64,000 nucleotides of DNA from the human T2T-CHM13v2.0 reference genome, Homo sapiens: assembly GCF_009914755.1 (NCBI RefSeq), contig NC_060931.1; one strand, given 5' to 3'. Shown here in pieces: positions 45,356 through 59,507 of this stretch. Under the pieces are notes generated by a model. The model was not told the origin of the DNA and made no database searches. It saw nothing but the letters and a program-made list of their open reading frames with translations. Positions within the stretch are counted from its first letter, which is position 1, and every line of letters begins with the position of its first letter. The translations under genes were made by a program, and so were the position numbers.

Positions 45356-48231
45356 CTAAAAAAAAAAAAAAGAACAAATTACTTTTCAGTTTTAGTTGCT
45401 CAAATTTATCTACCAAGTTAGGAAGAATAAAGGGCAAATAATGTCATTGTTATTATATTAGCAAAAGTACTCATGAAAATAACAAAGGTTGTGACAGTAA
45501 CTCCATAGGAACATAATCCTCTTGCAGGCCAAATGTTCTCACAAAATCAATTAGCAAGAACCTCTTTACAATGCACCAATTGAATCCTGACGATGGGGTA
45601 TTACTCACCCCATGATACAGCAGAATAACCCTGACATGCCAGTTGTAAAATATATGGGCTTGCACAGAAGGTAGATGCAAATAAAAGGTGGTTAAGTGCT
45701 GAAATTTCCTAAATCTAAATGGAATCCAGATTTTGAAAATATGAAATGTGAACTTTCCACTGAAATTGAGTTTTAGCCAAAACAAACTTACTATAAAACG
45801 GTATTATTATAGGCCTAATACCACTATGGGAATTATGAGGAATATAAAAACGCAGAAGTTTTGTATGGCTTTGTATTTGCTTTCTCAAGAGATTACCGCC
45901 CAACTAAGAAGCTAAGAATATTATGCACGTGTTAAATAACTAATGAGATGTGTAACAATGTAAGATCAGTTTGTTTGTTTGTTTGTTTGGGGAAAACAAT
46001 CTTTTTAACTTAATTCATGAAAAAAGACTTCACCAAATGTATATTCTAACAGACAAAATTATCTACTTCTTAAGAACAATCTCATAAACTACATTTTTTC
46101 CTAGTTTGGTCAAAGAAAAAAACTGACTAATGCTATTGAATATATAAAATTGTCTCCAAGATCTATTTCCACAAGCAATCCCTTTCAATGTATGCTGTGG
46201 ACAGGGGGCGGAGGGGGGATTGGAGGTCACTGCCCTGCAGAGCAGTATTAACAGCATCACAGTCCAGTGATTGATTTCAATCTCAGTAACTACAGTGTGT
46301 CAGCTGCAACGCCAGCCTTATGGGGCAGGAGGGCTTCTCCCAGCTCATGGGACAGCTGAGAAGCAGCTCTTTAAGAAGGGAAAAGCCAGTTGGATCACTT
46401 CTGGCATTGCCTTCTTGTTTCTGTAAATGTTATTAAACCCTTTTCCAGAAAGAAAGTCCCACCCTTCAAATCACAGCAATGCACTACAAACCACTGCCTT
46501 TACAAAAATTGCAAGATACAGGTATGAAGCAGTGCTGATGTTGTCAAATAACTTAAGCGCTCATGCAGCAAAGTGTTTGAGATGCTTGCTAACAATCTGC
46601 CCAATAAAAACTGTGGGAACTGAGCATTATAACTTGGGATCTTTTTTTAATAAGGTTACCTGGATGATGAGTATTTTGAACAAGCTTTATTATTAAGATT
46701 CTCTATTCACAAGGCTTCTGTGGTTATACTGAGAACAGACTGGAAACGCTTTATAACCTCAACCACCAAACCAGATTTATGTGATTAAGCTGAGGTGACT
46801 GAAAAGACAGGAAATTAAGAACCAAAGGCACTAGAGGCAAGAGAACAAAACAAGGGCTTCTGCTGCTTTGTCTGTGTCTGTAGTGACACATGGGCTGGTT
46901 GTGCCTTTTCATGTTTCTCAGACCCCAACAGACACCCGAAGTATTAGTTAACGAGCATGAGGTATTTTGCACTAGCACAGATTCTCTCATAAATCTGTTT
47001 TCAACAAGCTGCTGAAAGGAACTCAAAATTCCAAGAGAAGCTCTTGTATACGAGACTGGTAACTAACGGTTGAGCTGCTGCTGTTTTAGTGACAAACAAT
47101 TTAGTCCCTGTTTGGAAGCAAAACTGTCTTTCATTGATCTTCCAGCACAAACCATGCCTTAGCAAAAACATCTCTTAAGGAAATATGTGTAAGAGGGACA
47201 GAGTGATGATCTCCCAAGAGCTGTCCCACAGCCCATATCCCACTGTTATCACCTCAATCACCAAGATTTAAGCCCAGAACTCCCAAGTATCTCTCTAGCT
47301 TCTGGCTCTCCCCTGAGCTTGCCCTGTTTTTCCATCTGCCTTCAAAGTGGCTCTGTGTGGCAATTCCAGGAACTTTATTTTCACCCACATGGGTACCTTA
47401 CAGGCTAACTCAACCTAACTCACACTGAACTCCTCTCTTACCTCCTGCCCTCAGCTCTCCCCTTGGAATCATGGGTCCTGTTCACCCTAGAGCCATCCCT
47501 TCCCTCCTCACTCCGGCCTTTGGGAAGTCACCAGATCCTCTCACTTCCCTTCCTTCCCTGCCAAGCCTCTTCGACAGTCTAGGCTCTCATCTTCGCTTGA
47601 ACAAATTATTTTAACCACCTTCTGACAAGCTTGTCTCTGGCTTCTCTTCTTGTACCCAGATGCCTAAAGATATCAGGATCACCTTTCTAAAACCCAGATC
47701 TGGTCCTGCTCTTCTCCAGACTCCAAACCTTCAAGGATTTTCCTCACTTGCCCACTGAGAGCTCTAGAATTCGGAAATGCTCTTCCTTCCCTGCTAACAT
47801 GCCCCATGCCCCGCTGCACCAGCACGCAACTGTCCCTCACCTGGTGTAAAGGAAGGTCATGAAGGCAGGACTGGTAGCAACAGGCAACAGCGGGAGAGCC
47901 TGAAAAGGGGGAAAGAAGAGAGAAGGCAATACTCGGCCACTCTCCTTTCTTTCACCACTACGGTCACTTTTTACCTTAAACCTCCTCCTCAGCTCTAGAC
48001 TAAATCGCCCAAAAATACCAGACTCTCTTTTCTCCAGCAAATGTACCTTTTACAAAATTTAAACACATTCTGTTTTAATGTGTGTAAATACTTTTCAGTG
48101 CAACCCAGGAAAGACAAAGTTCTCACTTATCCAATCAAAATAAATAAGGAAACAGATGCAGCAGAGGAAAAGCAAGTATAACACTTGCATGTTTTCCATT
48201 ATTACTAAAGGGGGCTGTGCTGCTCGTGAAT

Positions 48232-48259
48232 GAGAGAGAGAGAGAGACAGAGAGAGAGA
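48232..48259. repeat. (GA)n microsatellite
   Basis: GA run with one interruption (gac). Confidence 0.85.
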
Positions 48260-48689
48260 AGCTGTGGGTCTAGTTTGTCAGTGATTAGAGAAAGAAAATA
48301 AAGAAACTCTTACTGGAATCAGCAGGTAATGACAGTGACAAGTGACATAAGACAGAAAGAGAAGAGAAATAGAGTGACCCCTGGAAGGAAGATCCCTCCC
48401 TGAGGGTTTATGCCAACAGATGCTCTCCTTTAGGAATTCCCTGGGTTACCTTTCAAGGTCTCTGCTTACCAATGCCCCAAGCCAGACCTGGTAACTCTCC
48501 AGGGGAGAGTGCTGAGTCCTGGTGCTCTAGGCAGATGTCTCTGTAAGTTCAAGAGGTCTGCAATATCTAAGGGTGTCACTGTGAGGATGCAGAGATGACA
48601 AAAACCTATGGTCCTCCACCCTCATCCCTCTAACCATCAAACTGGATGCATTATCATTATGTCCACTCCTACCCAAAAGGAAAATAACA

Positions 48690-49005
48690 AAAAGCCCTGC
48701 CCTTCCTATAGTCTTCCTCACCTTAATTGATGGAAACTCCATCCTTCCAACTGGAAGTCATTCTTGAACCCCTTTCTCTCATACTCTGCCTTGTATCCAC
48801 CCTGAAATCCTACTGGCTCTTCAAGACATATCTCTCACCTGACCACGTCTCACCACCTCCATCACTGCCACTGTGGTCCCAGCCACAACATCTCTCACCT
48901 GGACTCAGAAGCCAGCATAGTCTTGCTAAAATGTAAGTTAGTTCATGTCCCTCTACTCAAAATCCTTGAATGACTTCCCGTCTCACTTAGCATAAAGCCA
49001 AAATC
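48690..49005 (+). mobile_element. L2 fragment
   Basis: ggaaactccatccttcca...catctctcacctggact...cttgctaaaatgtaagttag...gcataaagccaaaatc. Confidence 0.65.
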
Positions 49006-49009
49006 TTTT

Positions 49010-49210
49010 TATACTTAAAAATATGTAATTAACAAAGATATCTATTCAAGGTGTGCCACATGATTATTTGTGAATACACTGTGATTAGCACAATCAAATT
49101 TATTAACACCCATCACCACTCATGCTGTACATTAGACCTCCAGAACTTGCTCAATTTAATAAATGAAAGTTTGTATGCTTTGATCAACATCTCCCCATTT
49201 CCCCTACCCA
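49010..49210 (-). mobile_element. Short L1MA 3' fragment
   Basis: cacaatcaaatttattaacaccc...gctgtacattagacctccagaactt...aacatctccccatttcccc. Confidence 0.65.
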
Positions 49211-50349
49211 TGATGTCTATATTCTAGACAAGTAAGTTTTGCTTAACAAAGCAAATTCCTATGAAAAAAGAAGTGGGATGGTGGAAGAATGAGAATTAGA
49301 TTTTTCTTGAGATCTTTGATATCATGAATACAAACATTGTTCACCTTCTCAAGAGAAGATAATTTTTCATAGCTTCTGGCTACTAGTTATGCTTATAGAA
49401 AAAATGTACTAAAAGGGAATTATGAATGGGAAAGGTTTCATTAAGAGTCCAGAGTGTATAGTTATATATTAATCTAAACTGAATAAAATTAGATTTTTCA
49501 CATTTGATTTTGAGGATTTGAGTATTAATGTTTAATATTTAATTAGATGGCTCAATTTCAAATGCTAATATAATCAGGCCTAGATGTCCAATTTTTGCAA
49601 AATTCCTGTACTACTCTTAAACATAAGTGTACTCTGATAAAGATAAGCAATCTGTTCCCACACCTGGAATAAGCCTTGTCTATAAACAATGGAAATTTTG
49701 AAGGACTTAGTGTTTCCTTGGGAGAGGAGGTAATGAGTAATCACAAAGACTAGGACTAGCTGATTTCATAACACTTTTTACAAAAACAGTTTAAAGTAAT
49801 AAGTGGAAATTTTGTTCACTTACGATGCCAATACAAATCTTATGCCAAGTTCCATCACAAAAATTTTTTGAAAAATACTAAAAAAAAAAAAGTTTGTTTA
49901 CCCACACGGTATTTCCTCCTCTCCAAGTGTCATGAGGATCTAATTAGGAAAAGTAAAGTTAGGAGTACAAAGGGTAGGCTTCAGACATCGGAATAGCAGA
50001 CTTGAACTTAAGCTCTCTGGCCAGAGAGTGTGAATCCATCACCATTTCAGAAACTAAGGAGGCCAAGGGATGTCTCATGTTGCTAATAAACATCAGGTAG
50101 TAAGAAAAAACCAGGCAGGGTAAGGAGAACAAAGGAGGCAGAAGTGAGGGGTGGTGGAGGTGCTATTTTGTATAGGGTGGTAAGAGGAGACAGGGACCTG
50201 AATTTTGGAAACCATCACTGTGAGACGATGTTAAGTACATGACTGGGTGAGGGCACATCCAAAGTGAGAGCAGAAAAAATAAGAGAAGTCCAAGACTGAC
50301 CTCTACTGTGTTTAGAGGTCACTGCTTCAAAATGAAGGTTTCATTATTT

Positions 50350-50884
50350 AGGGACAGCCAGTCTGAATAATCTGAGGCAAACAGCTCAAGAGATGACTGG
50401 CATTAAAAAGACAGTTTTTTACTCACAGTTCCCAAGAGAAGGGGGGATGACACACAAGGAGGAGCCACACAGGGAGGCACCAGTGTCAGTCAGGAGGCAG
50501 AGGACATGGGGGAAGATGTGGGAAATAACCTCTATTGTGATTTCCCCAGAATAGAACGGGTAAGGCAGGGTAAACAGGCTGAGGATAGACTGTTTGATTA
50601 ACTTCAGCAGGACCAAAAGCATAGGGACTGCCCCTAACTGTTTGGTACCTGGAGCTGGGGTGATTAGGGCAGGTGAAAAGTAGCCCAGAAGGTGAAAGCC
50701 CAATAAAAAAAAGTGGTTATGTTATGAGCTCTGGAGTGGCTGGCTTACCTATGAAAGGTATGCTCCCAGCAAAGCTAGCAGGTAAGTTCTCTACTGTCTC
50801 TAGGAATGGACTATTCCTGGGTTGGGCAGTCTTTCCAGGGTCAGCAAGGCCCCAGATGTCAAAGCACTGAAACACAGTTAATAC
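50350..50884 (-). mobile_element. MER74-like ERVL LTR
   Basis: Reverse complement starts tgtattaactg...gctttgacatctggggccttgctgaccctggaaagactgccc. Confidence 0.7.
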
Positions 50885-50899
50885 AATCAGGAAAAGGAA

Positions 50900-51660
50900 A
50901 GATTAGCAAAGGAGCCTTAAAAGCAGCAGCTAGTGAGACAGAAGAGCCAAGAGATGTTATCCCAGGGGCCAAGTGGAAAAACTGCTTCCAGGACATGATC
51001 AATTGTGCCAAATGCTGCTGTCATGTCAAGTAAGATGAGGACTGAAAAATCAGCATTTTGGCATTTGGCAACATGGAAGACTTCTGTAATCTTGACAAGG
51101 TTGCCTTCAGTGGAGTGGTACTGTTGAAAGCCTGAATGGAGTAGATTCAGAAAAGAATAGAAGAGGTAGAGAAAGTAACCATAAATATATCTTTTGAAGA
51201 GTTTTGCTGTAAAAGGGAACAGAGACATTGTGCAGCAGCTAGAGGGAGATATAGGGAAATATCAACACATGCTGAAAAGAACAATCCAGTAGAGGAAAAA
51301 GCTGATGAAGCAGGAAAAAAATGAGATTTCAGAAATGAGATCCTTGAGTAGGGGTGCAGAGATGGGATCAGTGCACAATGTGAGGAAACTGACCTTAAAT
51401 AAGAATGTGGACCATGCATCCATTTTTATCAGGAGCAAAGATAGAGTCCACCAATATAGATGCAGGCAGGTTGACAGATTTGGTAAATAAAACATGAGAA
51501 AGATAGTTTTTAAAATGTTCCTTTCAATGAAATAAAAAGCAAGGAAAAAGAGGTAAGAGGGGAGCAATTGTGATACAGTTTTCTAGGAGACTGAATATAC
51601 CAAGAAATGAACAGGACCACCCCACAGCATTGAAGACCCACTCAAGATTAAAGGCCATGA
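50900..51660 (-). mobile_element. L2 fragment
   Basis: aaatgctgctg...gtcaagtaagatgaggactgaaaa...tttggcaacatggaag... purine-rich antisense L2. Confidence 0.65.
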
Positions 51661-52287
51661 ATATAAAATGAGACTGATCATCCTTAGACTCCTTAACGAA
51701 CCACCTCTTCCATCTACCTTTAAAATCTGACAGAACAAGACGCTAGATGGCCATGGCCAGTGATGGCTGAAGAGAGAGGAAGTATTAATCCTGTGATTTT
51801 TTTTATGTATATAACTATGTCATCTGCAAGGAGAGATGGCTTTATGTTTTCCTCCAAATATATGCCTTTTATCTCTTTTTCTTGACTTTTTGCACTGGCC
51901 TGAGTGGAAGAGGTGTACTAAGAGAAGACATATTAGCCTTGTTCTGATCTTAGTAGGCAAGCATTTAGTCTCTTACCATTAAGTATGATGCAAGCTATGG
52001 GTTTTGTATAAAGTCTTATCAGATTGAGGAAGTTCTCTTATATTTCTATTTTTCTGAGAATTTTTATCTTGAAGGGTTAAATTTTCTCTAATTCTTTGTC
52101 TGCATCTATAAAATTTATCATATAATTTGTCTATTTTTAGCTTGTGAATATGGTGAATTATATTGAATGATTTTTGAGTGTTGAGCCATCCTTGTATTCC
52201 TAGGGTAAACTCCCCTTTTTCATAACGTATTTATAATTTTTATATGTGAGGAAGATTGTGTCTATGCTAATGAGTCATATTGTTCTG

Positions 52288-52638
<351 letters not shown>

Positions 52639-52707
52639 TAAAATGAATGTGAAACAGTCACTCCTCTTTAATTTTCTGAAAGAGGTTATATAGAAATGAC
52701 ATAATTT

Positions 52708-52797
52708 GTCTATGGTCATACAACCCTGAAGGTGCCTGATCTTGTCCTATCTTAGAGGCTAAGCAGGATTGGGCCTGGTTCGTACTTGGATAGGAGA
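52708..52797 (+). pseudogene. 5S rRNA tailless retropseudogene (5S nt 1-90)
   Basis: gtctatggtcatacaaccctgaaggtgcctgatcttg...gctaagcagg...gtacttggataggaga aligns ungapped to human 5S nt 1-90 with 16 mismatches by hand count. TSD agaaatgacataa(t/g)tt at 52692-52707 and 52795-52810. Confidence 0.92.
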
Positions 52798-55447
52798 AAT
52801 GACATAAGTTATTTTTTAAATGTTTAGTTAAATCTGCCAGTAAACTTATGTAAGCCCATTGTTTCCTTGTTTGAAGGGCATCAACTACAAATTCAATTAC
52901 TTTAGTATACATAATTCTATTCAGATTCTTGTTGAAGGACCATAGGTAGTTAATGTCTTTCAAAGAATGTGTCCATTCCACCTAAGTTTTCAAATTAATG
53001 ATCACATAGTTGTTCATAATATTCATTTGTTAGCTTTCAAATGTAAGTCTGCAGTGATATTCCTTCTTTTATTCCTGATATTGGCAATTTGTCTTTTTGT
53101 TTTCTTCAACACTCTGGTGAGAGATTTCGTACCTTTTTTTTTTTTTTCAAAGAACCAACTTAGTTTCATTATTTTTTTTTCTAATTTCTTTTCACTTACA
53201 TCAATTTTTGTTATCTTTATTAATTCCTTCTTTGTAGTTTGTTTTTCTTTGGCTAGCTTTCTGAGGTGGAAGCCCTGATCATTGATCTAAGACATTTATT
53301 CTTTCCTAATATAAGCATTAAAATCTATCGATATTCCTCTAAGTATTGCTTTAGCTGCATCCCATAATTTTGAGCATGTTATGTTTTAATGTACATTCTA
53401 TACTAAATATTCCTTATTTCCTTTGGGACTTCCTCTTTCACCCATGAGTTACTTCAAAGTATGATGATTTCCAAATAGTAGATTTTACAAATATCATTTT
53501 ACCTTTAAATATATTATTGTATATGCCTCTTTATCCTTCCCCAATTATCTTTTGTTATAATCATAATATGTATTACATCTACATACACTGAAAAGCCCAC
53601 CAAATGTTTCCTTTCAATAGTCATATATATTTTAAAGAAATAAAAATAAAAAATGCCTTTGATTTTTATCTAAATATCTACCACTTATGTAGCTTTTCCT
53701 TTATTCCTGAATTTCCAACTTTCCCTCTGATATTGTTTCTATTCAACCTGAAATTTTTCCTTTAGATTTCTTTTAGAAACAGTCAGCTAGCAAAAAATTC
53801 TGTTAGTTTTCCTTCATCTGAGAATGTCTATTTCACCTCCATTTTTAAAATCTGTTTTCATTGTAGAGGATTGACAGTTCTTTCTCCCCCCTCCACCCTC
53901 CCCCACCTTAAAGACTTTCTTCCACTGGCTTCTGGCCTCCATGGTTTCTAACATAAAACCTCTAATTATTTGAATCATTACTCCTCCTGTAGGTAATGTG
54001 TCATTTTACTCTAGCTGCCTCCATGATATTTTCATTATTTGTTTCTTAGTTGTTTTTAAGTATCTAGGAGTGTGTTTCTCTGAGTGCTCCTGTTTGGGGT
54101 TCACTGGACCTCTTGAATCTACAGATTTGTCTCTCACTCAATTTGGGAAGCTTTTCGTCATTATTTAAAAGTTTTTTTTCTGCACCAATCTCTTTGTCCT
54201 CTCCTGGGATGCCAACATGTGTTAGACTTTACTACAGTGTCCACCAAGTCCCTGAGACTATTCATCTTCTTCAATGTTTTTTTTCTTGTCCTGCACACTG
54301 GATAATTTATAATGAGCTATCTTCAGGTCACGTCTATTTTGCTATTGAGCCAATTCAACAAATTTTTAATTTCAAGTATGTTTTTCAGTTCTAAAACTAC
54401 ATTTGGTTCTTTTTTTATTGTTTGTTTTCTATTTCTTGACTAACAACTTCTATCCCTCTATTCATTTGAAACTTGTTTACCTAATGGGGCATAGTTAAAA
54501 TAGCTGTTATCAAGTCTTTAATAATTTCAATATCTGAGTCATCTCAGGGTAGACATTAATTGCTTTTCCTTTGACAAATGGTCATATTTTCCTGATTATT
54601 TTGTGTCAAGTAATTCTGTATTATATCCTGGCCATTTTGAACATAATGCTATACAGCCTCAATGATTCCAGCTGCAGTTCAGTTTTCAATGCCTTTTCTA
54701 TGGTACCTTGGGTCTGTCCCGCAGATGTCCAGCTCAGGAAACTCACATTTGTGTAGTTCATACACAAAATTAATGAAACCCTTCCCTAGGTTTACCCTCT
54801 CCTGGATTCCCCTACACTCTCAGACTAGCTGGGGCTCCTCTGCCCAGTTCTGACCAAAACCAAACACTCCTTGTCTATCATCTGCCTGCACTGCCACCAC
54901 CACAGAGCTCTGAACCTGGGACAAACCTGTAAGAAAAAAGGAGAATCAAGACAAGGATTTCTCCATCCACCCCACCCCATCACACTCTTCAAAACTACAG
55001 GGACCCATTTTCCTGATTCTTCTTGCCAGAAAGATGGGGTTTCTACTATAGATTTTGACAACTGTGCCACCACTGATCTCCCTGTCTACATCTGAGGCCT
55101 GCCTTTGAGGCAACGCTGGGAAATAAAAGAAACGGAAAGGGAAAACTCACACCTGTGTAGGTCACTTCTCCAAAGTTTCACTTCGTTCCATAATTTGCCT
55201 GCTTTTGTTTACTTTTGAGGGGCCTCGGGTAGTTATTGTTTGTATTTTATCTAGAGGTTTCAGCTGTAATCAATACAAGAGATAGGCTGTAGTAGACTTG
55301 CTCCATCTTGGCCTGAACCTGTAGCTCCATCAATAGATTATTCTTCATAAGACTCTTCAGTGGAATTCGTTATTATCTTGCCATAGTTAACGTCTCATAA
55401 ACAAGAGGCCAAAAAGTCAAGGTTTGCAGCAAAAAAATTAAGAGTAG

Positions 55448-55844
<397 letters not shown>

Positions 55845-58800
55845 CTATAACAAAAACTAATTTTCAATAGTTGGGAAGAGCTGAATATTCCACACAGTAA
55901 TTACAGATTTTTTTATGAATTTAGAAATGAACTGTATGACATATTTTCATTTCTCAGGAAATAATTTTGGTTTTTTTCCCACAGCTTCAGAACCTTTGTG
56001 ATAAGCTCCCAGGTATCACTTGTGGCACACGACTTGCCAGCTTGTTATCTGTATGAACTGAGCTCAACCCCTGTTAGTCGCTGAAGGCCTTACATTATTT
56101 ACATATCGTCATATCCCTCACAAGGCCAAACACGGAAGCTTAAGATCAGTAGATGCCTGGTAAGTAAGTCGCTCCACAGAGTGCTGGTGACAAGTGGTTG
56201 TCTTTTCCCAGACCCTCTGCTCCCTGTTCATCTTCCTCACCTAAACATTAAGAGAAGCAAATTCCACGATCTTGTAATCCCTTTTGGATACAAATATGTA
56301 TGAAGCTAAATTTGTGGACTTTTCAGAAGTGTCAGCCAAGTGGCGACAGGCAGCATGTTTGGTAAAATCTTTCTATCACAGTAATATTAGCCAGTCAGGA
56401 CAGAGAGGGGGCTGTTTCAGCAGAAGCCATGTGGCTGAACAGGGTGTATATGGGAGCCACAGCCAGACCTTAGGAGTGTCAGCAATGCCAACAGACATCT
56501 AGGAAGGCCAATCAGCCAGGCAGGACCACCAGCATTAATCAAGCTGACACCCAACTTACACCAGCCTCATGCTCCAACAGCAGATGCCAAAAGAATGCCA
56601 AGAACAGTTATATCTCAGGGGCACAAAGGAGCTGGCTGCCTATCCACTCGCAAGACCAGTGAGGATGAAAAAATGCCTACTCTGACAGGAGAGCCTCCCC
56701 TGTCCTCCTCTGCCAAGGTCAAGGCGCCCAGACCACTCGCCATGTACCCAGAGGCTACCTTGAGAAACAGGGAGAAATACAGAGACTGGGCTCTTTTACT
56801 AAAAGACACTAAAAAGTTAACTAGAGAGACTTTTTAAATTCCTGTATTAGAATAACTTTACTAAAGGGTGCTTCTTCCCCCCACCCCACCCCCGCCTTTT
56901 TTTTTTTTGGTCATTCTGCAGGATGGCAGTTCATGTAGACAAACATCAGATCACTTAGAGAAAAACAAAGAAGCTACATTTTCTTTCCATATTTGAGTGC
57001 AATATGAGTTAAATTTTAGCAGTCCTCTCTATCTTAATCACAGCATAAATGTTAACTATTGTGTAAGTGGTAGGATACAGTTTTATGCATTCAAGCTTTA
57101 CAGACTGTCTATTCAAAGCCCTACCCACTCCCACCCCTGGCAAGCTGGGAGCTGCTATAACCACAGCTGAATTGAAATAGTCAAGTTCCCTCACAGCCTA
57201 AAGGCCCAAACAAGGTAGTGTTAGAAGCATCTTACCAGTCCCAAGGGAATAATTAGACTGCCTTTTCCTACGCTGTTATTTCATCATTCCTCACCCATTC
57301 TTCCTCAACTCTCTGCTTAAAATAAAAGAGCTAGAAACAGTACATTCTGGATAACTTGATTTGGCTGTCTGTTGGAAGGAGATACCATAACTGTTCTTTT
57401 TTCCCCCAGAGATAGTACCCTTGACAACTGATTCAGTCACTTTTTTTTTCTAATTATCTATTCAGTTTGGGTATAAAAGTTATTTTGTATAAAATTCTGT
57501 TTCTTCAAACTAGCTTAGAAAACTTCCAACAGCTTCATTTCCCCTCCTGCTTTAAAGATTCTTTTTTAAATGAGAAAAATCCCCTTTACTATTTTTAGAA
57601 ATGCATTTGTATGGAACAAAATTGTGTTTACATAGAGCCATTAAATGGTTTCCTTGCATTATTTTGAAGACACTTAGAAGACAGCAAATTAGAGGGGCCT
57701 AATGTAGATAGGCTCACACAGGTAGGTATCAGTAGCCTTTAAACGTCAAAAAGGTTATTAAAAGGAACACAAAATTGGGTTTTCAGCAAATGAATGGACA
57801 ATGTAAGAATCAAGAGGGCACTTGAATAAAATGGATAGAAACAAAGCATCATAGAACTAAGAATGACATGGAAGCATGGAATTTTTTTAAATACAAAATG
57901 CAAGAGCAGTAAGTTACTGAAAGCAGTAGCAACATGGACTGGAGACATCATGGAAGTTTTGTGGTCAAGGCAGGACTGGGGCTTCCCCTTGAGGGCTGGG
58001 TAGAATTTGACTGGAAAAAGGCAAGAAGAGCAGAGGAAAGAGCAAGAGTATCACACTGGCATGAGGAAGTAAAGAGGGGTGGGCCAGGGGTGAAAAGAAT
58101 GGGATAGGATCATGCATGTGCAACCATAGAAAGTACTGGGACAGAGCAACTGAATGAGGACAATGTCCATGGACATCTTTTCTCTGATCACAGTATATTC
58201 CAAGTCTAGATAAGCCAAAGCTTAGATCTCCAAAATTAGGCCAAAAACATTCTACCATAACATAAAAGTTGGCTTATGATGGTAGTATTGAAAAAAAAAA
58301 GGTATATACTGTCTCTCTCTAGAAGAGACCTGCAATGGTTTAATAATTTTATCTTTATATATTTAGTACTTTAGAACAGACAGGTCCATAGGTTCCCCAA
58401 TGACAATTTTGCTGTATGAGTCAGTTACTACTCCCAAATGCACACATTCACACCAACAGAAAAAACTTGCTGATAAACATGGCATGCTATATAGCAATTC
58501 TCAACTCCAGAGCCTAAGATTTGTGTTTACAGTGATCAGTATGACAAAAGACTGCAAGTAATCTGGAGTTATTATTAGGTTGCAAATTTTAAAATTTTTC
58601 ATTTTTAGAAATTAGAGTAGACCCAAGGTTTCTCTACAACAAGGTCATTTCACTGGCATTCCAATTTGTTTTCCGAGTGGCGGAGAAGGAGGTGGAGTTA
58701 AATCACGAGGACAGCTTGCAAGTTTATTTCCACAGTCCCATGCCCCAGTGAATCTGGGCATGCACATGGGATTATGCACACCTCCATCTTGTGTGCAGGA

Positions 58801-59179
58801 CAGGAAAGGCTGAAAGGAGCTGCTGAAGAACGCCAGTCCCAAACAGTCACTGCTAGCCACAGCCATCTCTGGTTTAAAATCATGCCACTCCTTTTTAGGA
58901 AGCTTGTTAAAGTTCATTGAACTGCTCCTTGACTTTTCTCAGGACACTTCTGACCTATATTAAGAGCATATCACAATACAGGACATTTCCTAGAGTGAGA
59001 CCAATTGAATGGTATCTGAATTCTGCTTTACTATTGCAAGGCCCTTTATAGACAGCAGTGATGGGAAATCCATAATCATTTCACCAGAGCTTAGTCTAAC
59101 ACTTTTATAGCTTCTGTTTATAATTTTATAGGAAGGGGTCCTAGAATGATCCCCATAACTTGTGGGGAAGGACACATAA

Positions 59180-59395
59180 TATCAGGTGTTAAAAGCACAG
59201 TCATTAAAGCCAGACACACACAGATTCAAACACTAAAACTCCACTTAATCCTTGTGTGACCTTGGACGGGTTACCCGATCTCTGTACCTAATTTCCCCTC
59301 TTATTTAATAGAGATAATAATAGTACCTGTCTTATAACATTCTTCTGAAAGTAAAATAATGAATATAAAGCATTCAGCACAGTGCCTGACCTAAA
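59180..59395 (+). mobile_element. MIR
   Basis: gtgtgaccttggacgggttac...tctctgtacctaatttcc...ataataatagtacct...cagcacagtgcctgac. Confidence 0.75.
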
Positions 59396-59507
59396 ATTCA
59401 TTCTCCACAATCAACCTTTCTATTAGCACAGTCTCATCAATATTCTGAAGCTTATTCTCCTAAAAACAGTCCATATTAACTATTCAGTATTGTCATTTAA
59501 CAGGAGA

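Noticed and set aside
46200-46420. E-box (CAGCTG) cluster upstream of the 67-nt exon
   Set aside because: Only two perfect copies; not distinguishable from background without conservation data.
52708-52797. Functional 5S rRNA gene
   Set aside because: 3'-truncated, about 18% diverged, solitary, with a TSD.
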